DNA of 64,000 nucleotides. Origin: Macrostomum lignano. Lineage: Eukaryota. The DNA lies in assembly GCA_002269645.1 (NCBI GenBank), contig NIVC01001283.1:1-64000 (forward strand). The letters are read 5' to 3'. Positions 34,540 to 64,000 of the stretch are shown here, one piece after another; positions within the stretch are counted from its first letter, which is position 1; each line of letters starts with the position of its first letter. The position numbers were made by a program, and so were the translations under genes. Under the pieces are notes generated by a model. The model had not been told where the DNA came from. It ran no database searches and saw nothing but the letters and a program-made list of their open reading frames with translations.

Positions 34540-34973
34540 GAGAGGGAGAGAGGGAGAGAGGGAAAGAGGGAAAGAGGGAGAGAGGGAGAGAGGGAGAGAG
34601 GGAGAGAGGCAGAGAGGGAGAGAGGGAGAGAGGGAGAGAGGCAGAGAGATAGAGAGGGAGAGAGACAGAGAGAGAGAGAGGCAGAGAGGCAGAGAGGCAG
34701 AGAGGCAGAGAGGGAGAGAGGGAGAGAGGCAGAGAGGGAGAGAGGCAGAGAGGGAGAGAGGCAGAGAGGGAGAGAGGGAGAGAGGGAGAGAGGCAGAGAG
34801 GCAGAGAGGGAGAGAGGGAGAGAGGCAGAGAGGGAGAGAGGGAGAGAGGGAGAGAGGCAGAGAGGGAGAGAGGCAGAGAGGGAGAGAGGGAGAGAGGAGA
34901 GAGAGGGAGAGAGCAGAGAGGGAGAGAGGGAGAGAGGGAGAGAGGGAGAGAGGGAGAGAGGGAGAGAGGAGAG

Positions 34974-35004
<31 letters not shown>

Positions 35005-35160
35005 CCAGAGAGGGAGAGAGGGAGAGAGGGAGAGAGGGAGAGAGGGAGAGAGGCAGAGAGGCAGAGAGAGAGAGAGCCAGAGAGGGAGAGAGGCAGAGAG
35101 GCAGAGAGAGAGAGAGGGAGCCAGAGAGGGAGAGAGGGAGAGAGGGAGAGGCGGAGAGAG
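34540..35160. repeat. GA-rich low-complexity repeat (GAGAGGGAGA / GAGGCAGA)
   Basis: Direct. Confidence 0.95.
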
Positions 35161-35644
35161 AAAGAAAGAAAGGATGTCTTTCAATGCTTTCCGATTGAAA
35201 AACTCCGCGATCCGCCAAGATCAAGCGGCAGTCTAAATAAGCGCTCCAGGCTGGAGAGGGAGCTGAGTAAGCAATGAGGATGAATTGAGGCAGTGGGAGA
35301 AGTGGAAACAGGAAGAGTTGGGTGCAGGCCAGAGAGGGCCCTGGGCGGTCATTAACATTGCCCCACACTGGCTCGCAAATCAGTGCAGAGAAGCGAAACG
35401 CGAACGGCTTCCGTCCAAAGACTTGTGTAGTTCACCCGACTCCGAGCAGGGGGAAAGGGTTTTTATTCGCCGACTTCAGATCTTATCGGAATTCAAGTGC
35501 GAAGCCGTTTTGAACGATTTTTCTCAAAAAAGAACGGAAAAGCAAGCCGTGCTGCATGGACGGAACGAACAGCCCTTGCTTGGGTCCTTGAAAAGGAGCT
35601 GCGCCTTCAAGTTGTCCCTTCGCTTCACACCACAGATCACGCTA

Positions 35645-36180
35645 TCCCGCTCCATTCCATCCGATCCCATCCCACCGGATCGCATCTGATCCCATCCCAT
35701 CCGATCTCATCCCATTCCATTCCATCCCATCTCACACCATCCCATCCCATCCCATCTCATTACATCCCATCCAATCCCATCCCATACGATCCCATCCCAT
35801 CCCATCCCATCCCATCTCATTACATCCCATCCAATCTCATCCCATACGATCCCATCCCATCCCATCCGATCCCATCCTATACGAACCCATCCCATCCCAT
35901 CCAATCCCATCCGATCCCATCTCATTACATCCCATCCAATCCCATCCCATCCAATCCCATCCCATACGATCCCATCCCATCCCATCCGATCCCATCCTAT
36001 ACGAACCCATCCCATCCCATCCCATCCCATCCCATCCGATCCCATCCTATACGAACCCATCCCATTCCATCCCATCCAATCCCATCCCATCCGATCCCAT
36101 CCTATACGAACCCATTCCATCCCATCTGATCCCATCTCATTCCATCCCATCCAATTCCATCCGATGCCATCCCATCTCAT
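35645..36180. repeat. (CCCAT)n pentamer satellite, degenerate
   Basis: Direct. Confidence 0.95.
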
Positions 36181-36265
36181 CAGTAAACATGAGCAGTTTA
36201 GTTTGCAATTATAGTATCATTCATTCATGTCTCGATTTCCAAGTAAATCAATAATTTCAAACGCG

Positions 36266-36271
36266 TTTATT
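36266..36271 (-). terminator. Candidate polyadenylation signal AATAAA of the protocadherin
   Basis: tttatt on + strand ~690 nt past the stop codon in AT-rich sequence; motif only. Confidence 0.3.
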
Positions 36272-36956
36272 GATGAATTTGTGTACTCTAAACAAATATT
36301 TACAACTATAAAGCCCCACTGCACAGAACCCGGAACCAAAACACATGCAAAGGACAAGCCTGGGAGACTACAGGATTTAGGAGAGAACATCAATATGTGC
36401 TCAAAGAAAAAATCGATATTCCAGCAGTGCAATCGCCTAGTTACTCATAAAGTTCACCCGAACCAGATCAGCTGACAGTTGTGGAAATCAAATCCATGTT
36501 TGAATAATCGAATTCGGCAATAGTGCATAAGCAGCGTGTACAAGAATTGCGCCTTGGTACAATAATAAGTAATATCAACTGAGCATATTAACCTAACTGA
36601 TACTTATTTTATACAGTACAATTATTAATATAAACAGAAAAATCGAAATTCAAATTCGTGCCATTAATGGGCATTTTTAAACAAACATAATGTTTAATTT
36701 TAAGCTGTCCATTTTGGCGCGAATTTGAATTCGATTAATCAAAGCCATTTCTTGGAAAGATTGCACAAATCTATATACAGCCCATAATAATTATTAATAA
36801 CAAATTAACTGAAGAACTGACAAGAGAGAAATCATTGAGCTACTAACTTGATAATTTTGTCTCTTAAAATGTGTCACTTCGCTTTGCTTCATAAAAATTG
36901 GGGCAGCAAGCTAGCAGGAAAGCGCCAAATTTGATTGATAATTTTGTCATTTTGGA

Positions 36957-57044
<20,088 letters not shown>

Positions 57045-57195
57045 GGTAACGAATTGTCGAATCTTTTACACCGGGGGGCCTGGATTTATTAGGCATTCAT
57101 GGTTTGAACTGCCGCAATGGATTTTCTCCCTTATTTGCCGCTGACTTGTCTTTCAGTGTCCAGTTTTATCAGTGCCCCCCCCTGGTTGGCCCGCT

Positions 57196-57320
57196 CTCAT
57201 TGGCTGGCCCGGGCTCAGCCAATCAGCGTTCGATAGTGAATTTCGCTCAGTCTTCAGTGTCAAACTTTCCATAGCTGGCTGGAGCCATGCTGACTGTGTA
57301 ATAAGCGGGGCGCGCCCGCC
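57196..57320 (-). promoter_or_regulatory. Putative protocadherin promoter: inverted pair of CCAAT boxes (57199-57203, 57219-57223) and a GC-rich box (~57306-57320)
   Basis: ATTGGCTG...CAGCCAAT inverted repeat ~150-180 nt upstream of the ATG; gggcgcgcccgcc nearby. Confidence 0.4.
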
Positions 57321-57472
57321 TCATTGTCTTGTCCACTCTGTCAAGGACATCTGAATACTAGAATCTGGATAAGAAGTGGTGTATTACAATTTGAATTATA
57401 GCTTTTTAGTTTTATTTAAGGGATAGTCAAAGGGAATGGGATTGGATAAGTAGGGAAGTTAGTATAGTTACA

Positions 57473-58086
57473 TTTGAAGATCTGAAGATTTAGGATCTGA
57501 AGCGTTGGGATCTGAAGCGCTGGGTTGGGATCTGAAACGCTGGGTTGGGATCTGAAGATTCGGGATCTGAAGAGCTGGGTTGGGATCTGAAACGCTGGGT
57601 TGGGATCTGAAACGCTGGGTTGGGATCTGAAGATTCGGGATCTGAAGAGCTGGGTTGGGATCTGAAACGCTGGGTTGGGATCAGAAGATTTGGGATCTGA
57701 AGATTTGGGATCTGAAGATTTGGGATCTGAAGGTTTGGGATCTGAAGGTTTGGGATCTGAAGGTTTGGGATATGAAGAGTTGGGATCTGAAGGTTTGGGA
57801 TCTGAAGGTTTGGGATCTGAAGGTTTGGGATCTGAAGGTTTGGGATCTGAAGGTTTGGGATCTGAAGGTTTGGGATATGAAGGTTTGGGATATGAAGAGT
57901 TGGGATCTGAAGGTTTGGGATCTGAAGGTTTGGGATCTGAAGGTTTGGGATATGAAGATTTGGGATCTGAAGGTTTGGGATATGAAGAGTTGGGATCTGA
58001 AGGTTTGGGATCTGAAGGTTTGGGATATGAAGAGTTGGGATCTGAAGGTTTGGGATCTGAAGGTTTGGGATCTAAATATTTGGGGA
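57473..58086. repeat. 15-nt minisatellite TTGGGATCTGAAGGT with 19-nt variants at the left end
   Basis: Direct. Confidence 0.96.
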
Positions 58087-58671
58087 TCATGATGAATTTA
58101 TTTAGCTTTAAAATGCAACCAATTTTGACAAAGATCAGTTCAACTCAACCGAAGTTATGATAAATTTAGAGTAAAATATGACACAAAATTGGGGGTTTGA
58201 GAGGTAGAGTTGCGTCTCCAGATTGTGGTTCAGGGGACTCCTTGTCGGTAGTCAGGCCTCCAAGCGGGATCGGGGGTTCCAGTCGGTAGCGCGCGACATG
58301 AAAGCTATGAAAAATTAACAATTAAAAGCCGGAAGCCCAAGTCCTGCGCCGCCAGTAGTGGGATGTCATGGGCTGGTGTATAAGGTAGGCAGCCCGCGGT
58401 GGCGGTACTGCAAGAAGAGATGAAATTATGTTGTTCTGTGCCAGTGATAGCTCTGCATAGCCAACTGCATAATGAAATCAAATAACGGGAATGCGGAGCG
58501 GCCGGTGGGAATAAAGACGACAGAGAGAGAGAGAATATTGTGGCGGGCTTCAATTGTATCATAATTTATACGTTGAATAATCAGTGGCAACGCATACCAT
58601 GAATTGGTGTTGTTCAAATTACTAGCCTCATTCTGGTATGAACTTTCAATGCCTACAGTATATATTTTAAT

Positions 58672-58720
58672 GGTAGTTAGTTAGTTAGTCAGTTAGTTAG
58701 TTAGTTAGTTAGTTAGTTAT

Positions 58721-58763
<43 letters not shown>

Positions 58764-58786
58764 TTTAGTTAGTCAGTTAGTTAGTC

Positions 58787-58849
<63 letters not shown>

Positions 58850-58854
58850 CAGTC

Positions 58855-58894
<40 letters not shown>

Positions 58895-58895
58895 G

Positions 58896-58937
<42 letters not shown>

Positions 58938-58954
58938 CAGTTAGTTAGTTAGTC

Positions 58955-59005
<51 letters not shown>

Positions 59006-59162
59006 CAGTTAGTTAGTCAGTTAGTTAGTTAATTAGTTAGTTAGTTAGTTAGTCTGTCAGTTAGTTAGTTAGTCAGTTAGTTAGTTAGTTAGTTAGTCAG
59101 TTAGTTAGTCAGTTTGTTAGTTAGTTAGTTAGTTAGTTAGTCAGTTCGTTAGTTAGTCAGTC

Positions 59163-59261
<99 letters not shown>

Positions 59262-59347
59262 CAGTTAGTTAGTCAGTTAGTTAGTTAGTTAGTTATTTAG
59301 TTAGTTAGTTAGCTGGTTAGTTAGCTAGTTAGTTAGCCGGTTAGTTA
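58672..59347. repeat. (TTAG)n tetranucleotide microsatellite
   Basis: Direct. Confidence 0.98.
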
Positions 59348-60139
59348 GTGCTATCGATGACACCACTCATAGAAGAAACCCCTCAGTCGGGAAGCTCATG
59401 AGTATGCTCATAATCATAATCATCAGCCACCGCATTGCTCATTTATGAATGAAGCACCCAGAAATCATTATTACATCGCAAGCAATAATCAGTCAAACCA
59501 GCCCAGACACCTGTCAATCATTTCTAGTCCAGTATTGCGAAATCACGCGAGCTTGTCAGAGCGCGGGCCCTGCCGTCAAATCCCACTCTGCACCGCCAGT
59601 CCGCTGATGCTTAATAGTGCAATCCTCAAATATATATGTTGGCTGAAGCTGGGATGAAGCTGGAACTGTCTCTGGGTACTACTGTATCTTCAGCCTCCTC
59701 CTGAGCTGCTGCGCGTTGTGGAGTAAAGGAAAGAAAAATGGGATTATAAGGAGGGGAGGAGCAGCAGGGGCTCTGATTGTTGATTGACACACCACGCTGC
59801 GAACTCTCACTCGACCTGTCTCCTGGTCCCCTGAATTATTTATGGCGTCTCCTCCCACCCTCCCAGCCAAACTCTTCAAACTGGGGGGGGGGGGGTGAAA
59901 GGAGGGGCAAAGCTCCCAGCCATAAGGGGAGGGGGCGGTTATTCCTAAAAAATGGGGTAGAGCGAAACAATGCAGTGTAGCAATTCTTTCCCACTTTGAG
60001 AGCAGATCCTGTCAAAACAGGGGCCTCTGCAGCACTTCAGATTAGTTGACGGCAAATTCTGCGTTAAATAACGCTCTGTTCTACACGAAATCACCCGATA
60101 GCCAGCTTTGCCTGGCTTTGTTCTGATATTTAGGTTAGA

Positions 60140-60935
60140 TTGAGAGAGGGAGATAGGGAGAGAGGGATAGAGAGATAGGTAGCTAGAGAGAGAGAGAAAA
60201 AGAGAGAGGGAGAGGGGGGCAGAGGGGAGGTGTGACAGTGGGAGAGAAGGAGAGAGGGAGAGAGACACGAAGAGAGGGAGAGAAGAAGAGAGAGAGGGAG
60301 AGAAGAAGAGAGAGAGGGAGAGAAGAAGAGAGAGAGGGAGAGAAGAAGAGAGAGAGAGGAGAGAAGAAGAGAGAGAGAGGGAGAGAAGAAGAGAGAGAGG
60401 GAGAGAAGAAGAGAGAGAGGGAGAGAGACACGAAGAGAGGGAGAGATGGAGAGATGGAGAGAATGAGAGAAGAAGAGAGAGGGAGAGAGGGAGACACGAA
60501 GAGAGGGAGAGATGGAGAGAAGAAGAGAGAGGGAGAGAGGGAGTGATGGAGAGAGGGAGAGAATGAGAGAAGAAGAGAGAGGGAGAGAGGGAGTGATGGA
60601 GAGAGGGAGAGAATGAGAGAAGAAGAGAGAGGGAGAGAGGGAGTGATGGAGAGAGGGAGAGAATGAGAGAAGAAGAGAGAGGGATAGAGGGAGTGATGGA
60701 GAGAGGGAGAGAATGAGAGAAGAAGAGAGAGGGAGAGAGGGAGTGATGGAGAGAGGGAGAGAATGAGAGAAGAAGAGAGAGGGAGAGAGGGAGTGATGGA
60801 GAGAGGGAGAGAATGAGAGAAGAAGAGAGAGGGATAGAGGGAGTGATGGAGAGAGGGAGAGAATGAGAGAAGAAGAGAGAGGGAGAGAGGGAGTGATGGA
60901 GAGAGGGAGAGATGTAGAGAGAGAGGGAGAGAGGA
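60140..60935. repeat. GA-rich compound repeat with longer repeated blocks containing GAGTGATGGAGAGAGGGAGAGAATGAGAGAAGAA
   Basis: Direct. Confidence 0.93.
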
Positions 60936-61377
60936 GAAAAGGACAAGCTGAGACTGAGAGGTAGCGAGGGAGTCGGGAGCACACAAGAGAGATACGCAAG
61001 CAGCAAAAGCCGCTTATATCCCAGTCAGTGCGGCAGCCGCAGCCCTCACTCAGTGAGCTGCTGGAAAGTGGTTGTTTTCCCCAGCTGCATCAATTATGAA
61101 AATACTAGTAATGTTCAAATCGCAGCCAGACTGTCAGACAGACTGGGTTCCGTGATGCCAGACCTCAGTCCAACGCACCCCATCATATTTACCTGGCGCC
61201 TTCGCCCGGGCGCCCCCAGCAAAACACGAGATTATAAAACAATTAAAAGAACAAAGAGATTTTTACCGCTCCATGATGCTGAGTCACGCTTGATTTTGAA
61301 AATTTATAATAAAAACATTTTACGTTGAGTAAAAATTCTGAATGTTTTAACGCTTTAATTTTACTAGATTGCTAATC

Positions 61378-62320
61378 TCTCTCACTCCTCTCTTATCTAC
61401 CCTATCACCCTATTTCCGTCTCTTCCTCTCTCACTCTCTCACTCTCTCACTCTCTTATTCTCTCACTCTCTCACTATCTCACTCTCTCACTCTCTTATTC
61501 TCTCACTCTCTCACTCTCTCACTCTCTCACTCTCTTATTCTCTCACTCTCTCACTCTCTCACTCTCTCACTCTCTCACTCTCTCACTCTTTCACTCTCTC
61601 ACTCTCTTATTCTCTCACTCTCTCACTATCTCACTCTCTCACTCTCTCACTCTCTCACTCTTTCACTCTCTCACTCTTTCACTCTCTCACTCTCTTACTC
61701 TCTCACTCTCTCACTCTCTCACTCTCTTACTCTCTCACTCTCTCACTCTCTCACTCTCTTACTCTCTCACTCTCTCACTCTCTCACTCTCTCACTCTCTC
61801 ACTCTCTCACTCTCTCACTCTCTCACTCTTTCACTCTCTTACTCTCTCACTCTCTCACTCTCTCACTCTCTCACTCTCTCACTCTCTCACTCTCTCACTC
61901 TTTCACTCTCTTACTCTCTCACTCTCTCACTCTTTCACTCTCTTACTCTCTCACTCTCTCACTCTCTCACTCTCTCACTCTCTCACTCTCTCACTCTCTT
62001 ACTCACTCTCTCACTCTCTCACTCTCTCACTCTCTTACTCTCTCACTCTCTTACTCTCTCACTCTCTTACTCTCTTACTCTCTCTCTCTCTCACTCTCTC
62101 ACTCTCTCACTCTCTTATTCTCTCACTCTCTTACTCTCTCACTCTCTCACTCTCTTACTCTCTCACTCACTCACTGTCTCACTCTCTTACTCTCTCACTC
62201 ACTCTCTCACTCTCTTACTCTCTTACTCTCTTACTCTCTCACTCTCTCACTCTCTCACTCTCACTCTCTCTCACTCTCTCACTCTCTCACTCTCTCACTC
62301 TCTCACTCTCTCACTCTCTG
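61378..62320. repeat. (CTCTCACT)n-type low-complexity repeat
   Basis: Direct. Confidence 0.95.
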
Positions 62321-63011
62321 ACTGTCCCCCTCTCTTATCATGATTTATCAAATCTTCTTAACTCTCCTACTACTTCCATTTCCTTGCAAGTCCCCTCTCC
62401 CCAGCATCTCCCCGCTACTCCCACATTACTTTTTCACCCCGAACTTGCCCGCCAACTGCCTCTCACCCTCTCAGCCTCCCTAAAATCTGATTTCCCATAT
62501 TGTCCCCATAAGTTCTCCATCATTAGCGTGAATTACTCCAATCTGCATTATTATTTACATATCTACCAACCCATTTGCTCAACTCATTCTACGAAATCAA
62601 GCCGCTAACCAAGGTGAAAAAAGGCGCAAGAAAACACGGAGCCACATTGCCTTAATAATTCACCTGACTGGGTTGGGGCCGGGGCGTGTGGGGGGCAATT
62701 AAAAAACCTGTCTCCCGTTAAAGCGCATGCGGAACATAATGCAGCAATAAATTTGCTTAAAAAATCACCCAGCTATCAGTGGAGTAACAGTGGATGTTGC
62801 ATTAGCAGTGCAATAACAGCCGGTGAAATCCGCTGCCTTATTGCGCAATTTGCAATAACCGCACCAGTGCATTTGGGTTGAGCCGCACACGAAGAACAAA
62901 TTGATACAATCAATGGTTAACGCTCGTGCTCTGCTAGCGTTTGTAGCAGTATTGATTTACAGTATTCTGACTTATAATGCCAAACCAAAAGATAAATTTT
63001 TGCGACTATGG

Positions 63012-63779
63012 GACACAGGTGAATAAGCTCTTTTGGACAGGACTCGAGCTCGGGACCTTCGAGACAGGTGAGTAAGCTTTTAGACAGGACTCGAGCTCGG
63101 GACCTTCGAGATAGGTGAGTAAGCTTTTAGACAGGATTCGAACTCGGGACCTTCGAGACAGGTGAGTAAACTCTTGGACAGGACTCGAGCTCGGGACCTT
63201 CGAGACAGGTGAGTAAGCTCTCTTGGACAGGACTCGAGCTCGGGACCTTCGAGACAGGTGAGTAAGCTCTTTTGGACAGGACTCGAGCTCGGGACCTTCG
63301 AGACAGGTGAGTAAACTCTTTTGGAAAGGACTCGAGCTCGGGACCTTCGAGACAGGTGAGTAAACTCTTGGACAGGACTCGAGCTCGGGACCTTCGAGAC
63401 AGGTGAGTAAGCTTTTAGACAGGATTCGAACTCGGGACCTTCGAGACAGGTGAGTAAACTCTTGGACAGGACTCGAGCTCGGGACCTTCGAGACAGGTGA
63501 GTAAACTCTTTTGGACAGGACTCGAGCTCGGGACCTTCGAGACAGGTGAGTAAGCTCTTTTGGACAGGACTCGAGCTCGGGACCTTCGAGACAGGTGAGT
63601 AAGCTCTTTTGGACAGGACTCGAGCTCGGGACCTTCGAGACAGGTGAGTAAGCTCTTTTGGACAGGACTCGAGCTCGGGACCTTCGAGACAGGTGAGTAA
63701 GCTTTTAGACAGGACTCGAGCTCGGGACCTTCGAGACAGGTGAGTAAGCTCTTTTGGAGAGGACTCGAGCTCGGGACTC
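63012..63779. repeat. Minisatellite, ~47-49-nt unit GACAGGTGAGTAAGCTCTTTTGGACAGGACTCGAGCTCGGGACCTTCGA, ~16 copies
   Basis: Direct; each unit contains CAG|GTGAGT. Confidence 0.96.
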
Positions 63780-64000
63780 AAGATTCCTCTACCAGCTATA
63801 ATTAGCCTGGGAAATTTCTCCCAGGTGTCTCGTATTGAGCAGCACAGGGCAGATTTGCAATGGAGAGCTTTCTCCTAGAGGAAGAAAAAGTGCAACTCCA
63901 AGCCCCAACTCCGCCCAAGGAACAATCCAGCTGCTTCGGATGAAGCAGCAACGGGAAACAAGAAAATCCGTTAAGCAAAAAAGCAATAGCCAGCAACAAC

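Noticed and set aside
34321-36180. ER-rich, SL-rich and HPI/WDG-rich ORFs
   Set aside because: Low-complexity GA and CCCAT repeats.
58672-59347. (TTAG)n as interstitial telomeric DNA
   Set aside because: It is a tetramer, not TTAGG or TTAGGG; ordinary microsatellite.
63811-64000. Open + strand frame running off the window end (…RGRKSATPSPNSAQGTIQLLRMKQQ…)
   Set aside because: No homology, and the nearest acceptor phase does not match the candidate upstream exon; cannot be supported within this window.

Overview
Metazoan genomic DNA, not prokaryotic. GC-rich, Ala/Gln/Gly-rich exons are separated by introns filled with 12-48 nt minisatellites; this style suggests a flatworm such as Macrostomum (inference only). 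Three spliced genes were reconstructed by hand from GT-AG junctions with consistent phases. (1) V-ATPase V1 subunit H (ATP6V1H), + strand, about 1337/2646-9262, with a 1-nt deletion in a G run at 4506-4508. (2) A divergent WNK-family kinase, + strand, 11085-24438, 9 exons, 1269 aa; it has DFG in place of the chloride-sensing DLG and no canonical RFx[VI] motif. (3) A 7-cadherin-repeat (delta1-like) protocadherin, - strand, 57044-36957; one 2.8 kb exon encodes ectodomain and TM and is joined across a ~17 kb intron to a short cytoplasmic-tail exon. Most remaining sequence is ~38 tandem arrays, a tRNA-derived (SINE-like) relic and unique non-coding blocks. Nearly all long ORFs in the supplied track outside these exons are repeat artefacts. 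No CRISPR, rRNA or intact tRNA was found. Repeat boundaries and copy numbers are approximate manual estimates.
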